The notes under the pieces are model-generated. The model saw only the letters and a program-made list of their open reading frames with translations, did no database searches and was not told the origin of the DNA. A DNA stretch of 64,000 nucleotides from Methanomassiliicoccaceae archaeon (GTDB lineage Archaea; Thermoplasmatota; Thermoplasmata; Methanomassiliicoccales; Methanomassiliicoccaceae). Positions 38,234 to 47,379 of the stretch are shown in pieces. How positions within the stretch are numbered: position 1 is the stretch's first letter; every line of letters starts with the position of its first letter. The position numbers and the translations under genes were made by a program. The stretch spans positions 960,001 to 1,024,000 of the forward strand of contig JAXGZN010000002.1 of NCBI GenBank assembly GCA_040776945.1. The letters run 5' to 3'.

Positions 38234-39208
38234 TCACTTTTCTCGGATATGGTGTTCGATAGGACCAGATCTCCTGTCCGTTCCTTGCTCCGCTCGAACC
38301 CCCTCCGCTCCGGTGCGCACGATGAATGGCGTGCCTCCCCTGGCCTTTATGGCCTCGGCGACCTTCTCCGGCCGGTCGGTCAGAGCGAGCATGCTTCCCC
38401 CGCCGCCCGCCCCGGTGAGCTTGGCCCCATAGGAATAGGGCAGTGCAGCGTCCACCAGCTTCTGCAGTGCCGGCGTGGAAACTCCCAGGATGGCGAGCAG
38501 ATTGTGGTTCTTGGTCAGCAGCCGCCCGAGGGCCTCGACATCCCCGGCATCCAATCTAGCCCGTCCTTCCTGGGTGAGCGCTCCGATCTCGTCGATAATA
38601 TCCCTGGCAAAGCCGCTGCGCTCCGCGTATCGTCTCACCTTGGCCACCAGTGGGCCGGTGGGGGCCTTGTTGCCGGTGAACCCTACTACCAATGTCATCT
38701 GGGGCGTCCGACATTCATGAACGAACCAGCGCCTTGTATCCCGAGATATCTCCCAGAGCAGTCCGTCCGTCTCCTTCGAGCTGATGAATATCCCGCCGCC
38801 GTGCGACGATATAGAGGTATCGATCGGACTGGCCCTCCCCTGGACCGTGGACTCGATGTCGAACGCTTTCCTAGCGATGTCCTCCTGATCTATACCGTCG
38901 CGTGACGCGGACAAAGCTCCAAGCGCAGCGACTGTCACCGCGGCCGATGAGCCAAGGCCAGATCCGGCCGGCAGGTCCGAGGTGATCTCAATGGCCAATG
39001 GGCCCCCGGTGTGATGCTCTCGTAGGACTGTGGAAAGGTAGGGTCCAGCGCGATCGTCCATCGGCTGCCCGTTGAGCGTGGGACTGCTCGAAGGCCGAAC
39101 TGAGCACCGCAGCCTGAGGTCGATGGCCAGGGCAATGGCCGGACGCCCGAACACAACGGCGTGCTCGCCCATGAGGATCACTTTGCCTGGAGCGGATGCG
39201 GCGGTCAT
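38234..39208 (-). CDS. mvk: Mevalonate kinase
   Basis: SAPGKVILMGEHAVV, PAGSGLGSSAA, QGRASPID, AKLTGAGGGG. Confidence 0.94.
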   Translation of the reverse strand: MTAASAPGKVILMGEHAVVFGRPAIALAIDLRLRCSVRPSSSPTLNGQPMDDRAGPYLSTVLREHHTGGPLAIEITSDLPAGSGLGSSAAVTVAALGALSASRDGIDQEDIARKAFDIESTVQGRASPIDTSISSHGGGIFISSKETDGLLWEISRDTRRWFVHECRTPQMTLVVGFTGNKAPTGPLVAKVRRYAERSGFARDIIDEIGALTQEGRARLDAGDVEALGRLLTKNHNLLAILGVSTPALQKLVDAALPYSYGAKLTGAGGGGSMLALTDRPEKVAEAIKARGGTPFIVRTGAEGVRAEQGTDRRSGPIEHHIREK

Positions 39209-39359
39209 GCCGGTCCCAACCGCATCCATCGATTAAACCGTTTCTCCGGGCCGTTGATATCGAATTTCTTCCTAATATCGGTGCGGAGGATGGAGAATCA
39301 ACGGGGAACCTACTTATACACACATCCATAGATGGATTGGGGATCAGGAGAGATAAGAT

Positions 39360-39749
39360 ATGTCAGAAAGATGCGCAATTATGACCACTCTGAACGGGGA
39401 GATGGTGGAGTGGAGGGTGTTCGAGACCAGAGCACAGGCCATGCAGCATTATAACAACGGGCTCAAGAAGCTCCAGCAGATGGTGAACCACACCGATGAG
39501 GATGGAGTATGGGAGATAATGCTGTGCGACGTCAAGCAGTACGCACTTTCTCGTCAGAAGGCAGAACAACTGAGCATGGAGAAGAGCTCGGACTGGTACT
39601 CCAAGTATCTGGAGATAATGTCTCGCAGGTCCCATCGCGACAGGGCGTCCAGACATCGTCTAAATCTTAACCTGTGGCGCAAGCTGAAGGACAATCTGGC
39701 GGACAGTATTTTCAATGACGATGAGGGACCGACGGCAGGCGGTGCCTGA
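39360..39749 (+). CDS. Hypothetical protein
   Basis: cttata TATA-like box and AGGAG SD upstream; protein-like composition. Confidence 0.7.
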   Translation: MSERCAIMTTLNGEMVEWRVFETRAQAMQHYNNGLKKLQQMVNHTDEDGVWEIMLCDVKQYALSRQKAEQLSMEKSSDWYSKYLEIMSRRSHRDRASRHRLNLNLWRKLKDNLADSIFNDDEGPTAGGA

Positions 39750-40100
39750 TCAGCGGCCGCGGTTGAGAACAGCGGCCATCAGGTTGGCGTCCATCTTAAC
39801 GTCCTGGTATTCGACCATGACCTTCTCAATATTTCTTTTACCGACCATGTTGAACAACCACGATGAGACCATGGCGGCTCCCGTGTCCGATAATACCTCT
39901 ACCTCGAAGTATATGATCTGGGGGAAGTGCTTGACCCTACCCACGAAGGTTCGTACATAGGTCAGCCGGGCATCGCGCCCAAGCTCCAGGGCCTCGCCTT
40001 CCTGCACCGCTCCCTTCTCCATGAGAGCGTTGATCAGCTCTGCATCGAAGGTATGGACCTCTAGCCTCATTCTTACCGGACCATATTTGGAGAGAGCCAT
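39750..40100 (-). CDS. Hypothetical protein
   Basis: Tightly follows the MFS gene; protein-like ORF. Confidence 0.7.
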   Translation of the reverse strand: MALSKYGPVRMRLEVHTFDAELINALMEKGAVQEGEALELGRDARLTYVRTFVGRVKHFPQIIYFEVEVLSDTGAAMVSSWLFNMVGKRNIEKVMVEYQDVKMDANLMAAVLNRGR

Positions 40101-40102
40101 TA

Positions 40103-41272
40103 TCAAGCTTGGCCTGGCCTGCGCCTTTCGGCCGCTGGGTCCCTGGTTCGGACCAGGGGGAGGGAGAGCAGGAGAAGTGCGGCCCCGGCCACTATGAACG
40201 GGGCCGGACCGACGCTCTCCCCGGTCTGCCCCGCAATAGAAGCGAGGGATACGGGCGCTATCACGAACCCCAGGTCGCCCATGGTCCGGAACAGGCCCAT
40301 GGCCGCGCCAAGGTCCTCCGGCCTGGTGACATCGGCCACCCAGGCCGCTATTGGGCCGGACAGACCGATCGACATGCCCATGGCCATGAGAACGATGGTG
40401 AACGAGAACGGGTCGTGCGTTAAGGGCAGGATTACGACCAGAGCGGCCAAGAGGATGAGCGCCCCCATCAGGAACGGCTTCCTGCCGTAGATATCGGTCA
40501 ATCTACCGGCGACGACCATCATGACCAGGTTGCACACTGCGCTCAGTGTGAGGATGAGGCCGAGCATGCCCTCGTCGATGCCTAGATCGTACCGGGCGTA
40601 AAGGGGCACGATGGTATTGATGATCCCCTGCCGGTTGATGAATATGGCAATGGTCGCCAGATTTATCGCCAGCAGGTCAAAGCGGACCAGAAGACGACCT
40701 AACTGGCGGAGCGATATCTTCTCGGTTCTTCCGCTCTCCGGCCTCACATCATCCACCAGTCCGAACACCAGGAAGAATGATGCCGCGGCGCAAATGCCGT
40801 AGACGATGAACGGCGCGCCGAGGCCAAAGTGAAGGGAGACGAACCCGCCAACCGCGGGGCCAAAGGAAGTGCCTACGAGGAACATCGATAGGTAGAAGGA
40901 AAGGTGCGCTCCCCTCGACGCTGGAGGGGCCAATTGGCTGACCGCGGTGATCGAGGTAGTGGTATAGAGCGCGGAGCCGATCCCCTCGAACACACGGGCC
41001 GCGAGAAGCATGGGGTAGCTTATGGCCACGCCCGCAAGCAATGACGAGATGGCGATGGTGGCAAGGCCCAAGAGCATGAGTCGTCTCATTCCGTACCTGG
41101 CGCCGAACATCCCCGCCGGGATGTCCAAGAGCACCCTGGCGACCGCGAAAGCGGAGATCAGGAGGCCGACCAGGGCTAGCGACACCCCGAAGCTGAGCCC
41201 ATAGGACGGCAGCACGGGGGAGATGATGGATACGCCCATCATCACGAAGAAGGCGACTACCGACAGTACCAA
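40103..41272 (-). CDS. MFS transporter
   Basis: About 12 TM segments; G..GARYGMRR and GRLTDIYGRK motif A; ARVFEGIG. Confidence 0.9.
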   Translation of the reverse strand: MVLSVVAFFVMMGVSIISPVLPSYGLSFGVSLALVGLLISAFAVARVLLDIPAGMFGARYGMRRLMLLGLATIAISSLLAGVAISYPMLLAARVFEGIGSALYTTTSITAVSQLAPPASRGAHLSFYLSMFLVGTSFGPAVGGFVSLHFGLGAPFIVYGICAAASFFLVFGLVDDVRPESGRTEKISLRQLGRLLVRFDLLAINLATIAIFINRQGIINTIVPLYARYDLGIDEGMLGLILTLSAVCNLVMMVVAGRLTDIYGRKPFLMGALILLAALVVILPLTHDPFSFTIVLMAMGMSIGLSGPIAAWVADVTRPEDLGAAMGLFRTMGDLGFVIAPVSLASIAGQTGESVGPAPFIVAGAALLLLSLPLVRTRDPAAERRRPGQA

Positions 41273-41317
41273 CGTTGATCTGAACTCGGGGCGCGTGGGC
41301 CCACCTCGTCAGCTCGC

Positions 41318-41947
41318 TCAGAGGCCGTACTTCTCGGCCATCTCCTCGAGCGCGTCGTTGGGCGTTTTACCTTCGAGATCATCGCGGGGTGTTGCCCACC
41401 ACTCCTCCTCGAACTTACTGAGGGCGGCGACCAGTTTCTCTTCGGTCGCGAAGTTCTCCCCCTCCTTCTTCTTGAAATCCTCGCGGAAGGTCTTCAGCAG
41501 GTCAACGCCATACTTGTTGTTGACCACGGTCACGGTGATGAAATCATCAAGATTGCGGGCGTAGGTCAGTGCCATCTCCGCCGGCACAACGTCCATGGTC
41601 ATGTCCAGAAGAGCGTTGGTCAGGGTAAGGAACAGCATCTCCTCTCTTGATTCTTCGGGCACCGACTTGTCATTGACGACCTCCATCAGGTTGGAGAACC
41701 ACACGTCGCGCAGGGCATAGGTGCGGTTCTGGTTTTTGCCGAATATCACGCTCTCAGCAATGGAGTCAAGGTCCTCTACCAGCTCCTCGGGCGAGGGCAA
41801 AACCTCCTCCGCCTTCCTTGTCGGCTTGGGCTTTGCGGGCTTCTCTGCCCCGGCGGGTGCCTTCTTGGTCGGCTTGGGCTTTGCGGGCTTCTCTGCCCCG
41901 GCGGGTGCCTTCTTGGTCGGCTTGGGCTTCTTGGTGTCGGACTTCAA
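41318..41947 (-). CDS. Hypothetical protein with Lys/Pro-rich N-terminal repeats
   Basis: TTG start with AGGAGG SD; C-terminal WWATPRDDLEGKTP. Confidence 0.8.
   Translation of the reverse strand: MKSDTKKPKPTKKAPAGAEKPAKPKPTKKAPAGAEKPAKPKPTRKAEEVLPSPEELVEDLDSIAESVIFGKNQNRTYALRDVWFSNLMEVVNDKSVPEESREEMLFLTLTNALLDMTMDVVPAEMALTYARNLDDFITVTVVNNKYGVDLLKTFREDFKKKEGENFATEEKLVAALSKFEEEWWATPRDDLEGKTPNDALEEMAEKYGL
41820..41929. repeat. Coding tandem repeat, 48-bp unit x about 2.3
   Basis: gtcggcttgggctttgcgggcttctctgccccggcgggtgccttcttg at 41820 and 41868 (identical), partial copy at 41916. Confidence 0.95.
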
Positions 41948-42237
41948 AGTGGAACCTCCTTGTGCTGAATGTCATTCCGACCGCGGCGCCCGAGTATTTA
42001 TCCCAAGATCGCTGTCCGGCCGGTACCGTGAATAAAGGACAAGCCCATATTTATATTCACAACGCCAGAGAGCTTGCCTGCTTAGCGGAATAGGTGCTCC
42101 GGTCAAGACGAGGGAAAGAACGGTGACTGATCAGAGGCGATATCTCGTGCATAGCGCATTGCCGAAATGGGAACGAACGCCTTGTAATCGCTTGAGAAGC
42201 GCGGGTCGGCCGCCCCCTCCTCATGTTCTTCAGTACC

Positions 42238-43362
42238 TTAGAGTCCCTCAACCACCCTCTTCACGATGGCCAGTCCCTTAGATATGTTCTCCTCGCTGGC
42301 AGCGTAAGAGAATCTCAGATGGTTCTCGCCCATTTCGCCAAACGCTGTCCCTGGAGCGCAGATGACGCCGCTGGCGACAAGCTTGCGAGCCATATCTCGG
42401 GACGGCATCCCCTGAGAGAAGGATGGGAAGGCATAGAAAGCACCCTCCGGCAGATGGCAGTGGAATCCTTCGATTTCATTGAGGCCATCCACCATGGCCT
42501 TCCTCCGGCGCATGAACGTGGGGACTAGTTTCTTGACGAACTCCCCCTGCATGTCGAATACCTTGGCCAGGGCGAACTGCGGAGGCGTGGGGGGGCACGC
42601 CACGAGGTGATACTGCATGTTGGATATGTGGTTCACCAGTTCAAGTGGGGCCGTCAGGTAGCCGATCCTCCATCCGGGGACCGCGAACGACTTTGAGAAC
42701 GAGTTCAGCACCACCGCCCGCTCGATCACCTCGTTGAACGAATGGTGCTTCCCGCTGTATATGAAGTCCTCGTACACCTCGTCGGATATTATCCAAAGAT
42801 CGTGGTCCTGGGCGATGTCCTTCAACGCCTTGAAGCTCTCAAAGCTCAGCACAGACCCTGTAGGATTGGACGGAGAGTTCACCACCATGCCTCTGGTGCG
42901 CGGAGTGATCCTTTCCTTTATGGCCTCGATGTCCGGCTGGAAGCGATCCTCATAACTTAGGGGATAGGGGACCGGTGCTGCGTCGCACAGTACGCTGTCC
43001 GGCTCGTAGAGCACGAAGCCTGGTTCGGGGATGAGGACCTCGTCCCCCCTCTCGAACAATGTTTGAAAGGTTGCCATGGTCCCCTGCGTACCGGAGGCGG
43101 TGATGATGATGTTATCATGGGTGATGTCGCCACGGTAGCGTTGGACCTTGGCGGCGACCTTCTTGCGCAGAGGATCGATCCCTTTTGTCGGCCCATAACG
43201 GTTGCGGTCCTGGTCTAAAGCCTCCTTGTACGCCTCCCTCGCTTCCTTGGGAGGCTCGAAGTCAAGCTCACCTAAGCCCAGGTTTATAGCGTCAACGGTG
43301 GCCATCTCAAATATCTCCCTAATGCCCGAGGGCTTTATCGATAATGCTCGCTTCGAGACCAT
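42238..43362 (-). CDS. PLP-dependent aminotransferase class I/II (aspartate aminotransferase-like)
   Basis: INLGLGELDF, NSPSNPTG, SDEVYE, SFSKSFAVPGWRIG. Confidence 0.93.
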   Translation of the reverse strand: MVSKRALSIKPSGIREIFEMATVDAINLGLGELDFEPPKEAREAYKEALDQDRNRYGPTKGIDPLRKKVAAKVQRYRGDITHDNIIITASGTQGTMATFQTLFERGDEVLIPEPGFVLYEPDSVLCDAAPVPYPLSYEDRFQPDIEAIKERITPRTRGMVVNSPSNPTGSVLSFESFKALKDIAQDHDLWIISDEVYEDFIYSGKHHSFNEVIERAVVLNSFSKSFAVPGWRIGYLTAPLELVNHISNMQYHLVACPPTPPQFALAKVFDMQGEFVKKLVPTFMRRRKAMVDGLNEIEGFHCHLPEGAFYAFPSFSQGMPSRDMARKLVASGVICAPGTAFGEMGENHLRFSYAASEENISKGLAIVKRVVEGL

Positions 43363-43454
43363 TGGCCGCATGAGCGGTTGCGAATTTAAATTTCTTTTTA
43401 TCATGCATCTCATCATAATCGATAATTAGGCAAAGGCCGTTCGCCCCAGCAAGG

Positions 43455-44915
43455 ATGACCGCCGATGCCGCGAGCACCGATGATAGGATCCGGACATGCA
43501 CCGAGTCCTATCTGTGCCTGGACCGCCTGCCGAGGCCGCTGATATCGCTCATCACCATCGTTCTGCCGTTCTTCGCCATGGTTGCCGTGGCGCTTCTGCC
43601 GCTCGACCTGGAGATCGGGACAAAGTACTCCTTGGCAGTGTTCGTGTGCGTGGGGCTGCTTTGGACCTTCGGAGCACTGCCGCTGGCGGTCACCGCGCTC
43701 TTGGTGCCGGTGCTCCTGGTTTTGTTCGGCATATTCACTCCGACAGAGGCCCTGGCGCCTTTTGCTGACCCAGTGGTCTTCCTGCTGATTGGCGGGCTGA
43801 TCATCGCCGAGGCGTTCAGGGCGAACGGCCTGGACCGGCGCATCGCGTACCACCTGGTGACCAAGGCACGGGGCGATATCCGGTTGACGTTCATTGCCCT
43901 GATGGCCATCTCTGCCATGCTGTCAATGTGGATATCCAACACCGCGACGGTCGCCCTCCTGCTGCCAGTGGTGCTGAACATAGCCGGCCAGGCCAATGAG
44001 GACGGGCGCAAGGTGGCCACGCTTTTCCTTCTGGGCATCTGCATGTCCACCGCCTTCGGCAGCATGAGCACCATCATAGGGTCGCCGGTGAACGCCATTG
44101 CCTTCGGGCTGCTCAACAAGGTCACCCCCTGGTCCTTTCCCGAATGGATCGTGGTGGGCGGATGCGTGAGCCTGGCCCTGCTCGGCCTTGTCTACATAGC
44201 ACTGCCTAGGGTGCTGGCTGCCAGATCGAACGGCATCGACCTCGGGCCCATCAGGAATGAACTGGAGAACATGGGACCTATCAAGAAGAAGGAGGCTATG
44301 ACCCTCGCCATATTCATGCCTGCCGTGGGATTGTGGATCGGCGGCGGATGGACCGCTCAATACCTTGGCCTTCCGCCCGGCGCCCTCAGCGCAGCGATGG
44401 TTTCCCTGATCGCCGCCTTCCTGATGTTCGCCACTCGGGTCATCGAGTGGGACGACGCCCGCCGGATCTCATGGGAGGTCTTCCTTATCATCGGCGCAGG
44501 ACTGGCCATCGGCCATGCCCTGGAGGCCACAGGCGCGGCGGCATTGTTCGCGTCCCTTCTTACGGAGCTTGTGGGAGGGCAGAGCCTTCTGGTCATGATG
44601 CTGCTCATCGGCTTCATAACCGTGGGGGTCGGGACGATGCTCAGCAACAGCGCAACAGTGTCGATCATGGTGCCGATAGTAATCAGCCTGTCCTCGGCCA
44701 TCGGGGCCGACCCGAAATACTTGGTCCTGGTCGCGGCCTTCTGCGCATCGATATCATTCATCACGCCCGTGGGAACGCCGCCGGTGACCTTAGCATATTC
44801 CACAGGTTTCTTCACCAGGCGGGAACTGGCTCGAACAGGCGCGATCGTCACCGTGCCGGCGGTGATACTGGTCGTTCTGATAGTGTACTCGCTTATCTCC
44901 ATCGGATGGAACTGA
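43455..44915 (+). CDS. SLC13/DASS family anion transporter
   Basis: SMWISNTAT, GSPVN, LSNSAT, FITPVGTPP. Confidence 0.9.
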   Translation: MTADAASTDDRIRTCTESYLCLDRLPRPLISLITIVLPFFAMVAVALLPLDLEIGTKYSLAVFVCVGLLWTFGALPLAVTALLVPVLLVLFGIFTPTEALAPFADPVVFLLIGGLIIAEAFRANGLDRRIAYHLVTKARGDIRLTFIALMAISAMLSMWISNTATVALLLPVVLNIAGQANEDGRKVATLFLLGICMSTAFGSMSTIIGSPVNAIAFGLLNKVTPWSFPEWIVVGGCVSLALLGLVYIALPRVLAARSNGIDLGPIRNELENMGPIKKKEAMTLAIFMPAVGLWIGGGWTAQYLGLPPGALSAAMVSLIAAFLMFATRVIEWDDARRISWEVFLIIGAGLAIGHALEATGAAALFASLLTELVGGQSLLVMMLLIGFITVGVGTMLSNSATVSIMVPIVISLSSAIGADPKYLVLVAAFCASISFITPVGTPPVTLAYSTGFFTRRELARTGAIVTVPAVILVVLIVYSLISIGWN

Positions 44916-44998
44916 ACGACCGCCATATGGCGGGTGGCACATAAGGTGCTTCGTGGGCAAAAAAGAGGGAAAGGGTTAACGAACGGATCAGGACCGGT

Positions 44999-45148
44999 TC
45001 ACTTCTTGAGCTTTCCCTTTACCTTGCTGCCGAGCTCGCCGAGGTCCTTCTTCATCTCGCTTCCGGTCTTCTTCAGCTCGGCGCCTACTTTGCTCGCCCC
45101 TTCCTTCAGATCGTCGTCGAACTTGAACTTGCCTTTTTTCTCGGCCAT
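44999..45148 (-). CDS. Small Lys-rich amphipathic protein, 49 aa (absent from the ORF track)
   Basis: MAEKKGKFKFDDDLKEGASKVGAELKKTGSEMKKDLGELGSKVKGKLKK*; purine-rich RBS, AT-rich promoter, U-rich 3' end, genome-like codon use. Confidence 0.75.
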   Translation of the reverse strand: MAEKKGKFKFDDDLKEGASKVGAELKKTGSEMKKDLGELGSKVKGKLKK

Positions 45149-45354
45149 GTTCCTACCTGACAGGGTATGCGATTTGCTTACTAATAATGGTTTTTCAATT
45201 TATATTATAGTCAACCCTCTGGTCAGATGCGCCGATGCGGTTCGGTCAATGCCGTGGGCCTTTCTATCGCTGAAGGCCACCATCTTGGTTCGAAGACCTG
45301 CTGATGAGGGCCGTGCACATAGTTATTTGATATACTATCGTTAATACCGTCGTC

Positions 45355-47112
45355 GTGCTTCCATTTAAGTCGAGAGCCGGCCTCGCTCTTATCCTGACGG
45401 CAATGATCGTCATGACCATGTTCCCGGCCGTTGCGTCAGCAGATGCCGCTGCGGGCTCCAAGGTCTTCTTCGAGGAGGGAGGGGAGGAGGCGACGTACGA
45501 GGATTGGAACAACCGATGGCCGATGCGTTATGATTCCAATGATGACAGCAGTCATGATTGGTGGTGCCGGCAAATGCATGAGGTACATTCCGGGCAGCGC
45601 TCCATATACTGCGCCAGGAACGGATACAACTCCCATTACCTCGATCGCTCTGGAGGCCAGCCTTGGAACGTTAACCTGACCGCCTTACCGGAGAGCGTGC
45701 CGCAGACGAACTACGTGCTCAGGTATGATACTGATATGGACTCGATAATGCGAAAGGAGATCGTCGGCGCCAGATACTACAACAAGGTCACTATGACCTT
45801 CTGGTTCTATTCCGATACCGGCGTTTCCGATGCCAAGCAGCCGGGGTCCGGAGTGACCGTGGGCTATGACTTTCTGAACGCTATCTACTATACTGGGATG
45901 AGTGACAGCATAGTGAAGCACGTGCTGTGGACCGATAGTTTCGAAGAGGCGACCGCGAGGACTTGGAAGCAGGTCGTTCTTGACGTTCCGAACACCGCCA
46001 CCTGGGTCGGTTTCGAGTTCGTCTCCGGGACGATCGCCCCGGAGGGCGGCGATGCTGACAACGCGTTTGCCGCTCAGGGCATTCGAGTCGTCAATGGAGG
46101 AATGAAAAAAGGGGTGTTCATCGATGACATCAAGGTAGTGGGCACGGACCCCGCTCCCGATGCACCGCTCGTCACCTCGGTGGCGTCCCTTCCTCCCTAT
46201 AGGACCAACAGGTCCTTCCCGGTGAGCATCGAGGACAACGCCCCCCAGGTCGGCCTGAAATACGTGCATCTTTACTATCGCATGAGGGGAGAGGTGAACT
46301 GGACCAAATATAGCACGGCCGCGAACCCCGGAGGCACGTTCTCCGTCCTGCCGATCACCTTCACGGCCGAGAAGGACGGGACATACGAGTTCTTCTCCGT
46401 TGGCGTGGATCAGAAGGACGTTGTCGAGGAAAGGCGCGATTCCGCCGACACGTCCACGGTCGTCGACACCGAAGTGCCGGCATCGATCGTGTTGGCCGCC
46501 GGCGAGGCGGTTTCCGATGGAGCCTACAACGGAACCGCGCACATCACCATCAACGCCTCGGACGCGCTCTCTGGCGTTGACAAGGTGTTCTACCGCGTCG
46601 ACGGTGGGCCCTGGACCGAATATTCCTCCGGCTTCGGCCTTGTCACCGAGGGCGACCACCTGATCGAGCACTACGCAATCGACCTGGCGGGGAACGCCGA
46701 GGAGGCGAGAAGCTACGCCATCTCGATCGTCAACGGGACGTATAGGATAGCGTTCTCGGGCGGCAGCGCCTTCTCCACCGGGGACGTCACCATCAGCTTC
46801 TACGTCGTGACCGACTCCGCCGTCACCAGCCTCGGGTACTCCCTGGACGGAGGTCCCTTCGCCTACCTGGACCCGGGATCAAGATCGCTCTCGCTGAGCG
46901 GGCTTAGCGACGGCGCGCATCAGGTCACGATAAGGGCCCTGGACGCCGGCGGCAACGTCATCCAGGGTAGGATGGACCTCACGGTGGGGGGCGCGGGCAC
47001 CGGTGGGCTGATCGGCGATCTGGTCAAGCAGCCTCTGCTGGTCATCATCGCCATTGTGGCGGTCGCGGGCGTGGGGGCCACAGCCCTGTTCACCCGGAGG
47101 AGAAAGGGCTGA
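45355..47112 (+). CDS. Cell-surface protein with Ig-like/beta-sandwich domains and C-terminal TM anchor
   Basis: Signal peptide; SDALSGVDKVFYRVDGG..W..Y..GDH.IEHYAIDLAGNAE module; ends LLVIIAIVAVAGVGATALFTRRRKG. Confidence 0.85.
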   Translation: MLPFKSRAGLALILTAMIVMTMFPAVASADAAAGSKVFFEEGGEEATYEDWNNRWPMRYDSNDDSSHDWWCRQMHEVHSGQRSIYCARNGYNSHYLDRSGGQPWNVNLTALPESVPQTNYVLRYDTDMDSIMRKEIVGARYYNKVTMTFWFYSDTGVSDAKQPGSGVTVGYDFLNAIYYTGMSDSIVKHVLWTDSFEEATARTWKQVVLDVPNTATWVGFEFVSGTIAPEGGDADNAFAAQGIRVVNGGMKKGVFIDDIKVVGTDPAPDAPLVTSVASLPPYRTNRSFPVSIEDNAPQVGLKYVHLYYRMRGEVNWTKYSTAANPGGTFSVLPITFTAEKDGTYEFFSVGVDQKDVVEERRDSADTSTVVDTEVPASIVLAAGEAVSDGAYNGTAHITINASDALSGVDKVFYRVDGGPWTEYSSGFGLVTEGDHLIEHYAIDLAGNAEEARSYAISIVNGTYRIAFSGGSAFSTGDVTISFYVVTDSAVTSLGYSLDGGPFAYLDPGSRSLSLSGLSDGAHQVTIRALDAGGNVIQGRMDLTVGGAGTGGLIGDLVKQPLLVIIAIVAVAGVGATALFTRRRKG

Positions 47113-47379
47113 GATGGGGCACGCGCTTCCTTCTTGACGGCAACGGTCTCCACTGGGCGGACAGAAGCCCAGCGCTGCCCGGGATCGGCCTGGAACGGCC
47201 CGTCGCGCCCATTCCTCCGCATGACCGGCGCGTTCGTCAAGACCATCGGGTGAGCCCGTGACCGGCGCGTTCGGACCCGTTGGCCGACTTTTCAAATACG
47301 CCTCGGGCCGGCACGATTCCCGGCGGGAGAACAGTCTTAACCGCTCATGTGTTTACATATACTCCGAAGGAGAGCGACA

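Noticed and set aside
47222-47273. Repeat-spacer-repeat read as a mini CRISPR
   Set aside because: 15-bp repeat and 22-bp spacer are too short, there are only two copies, and no cas genes are present.
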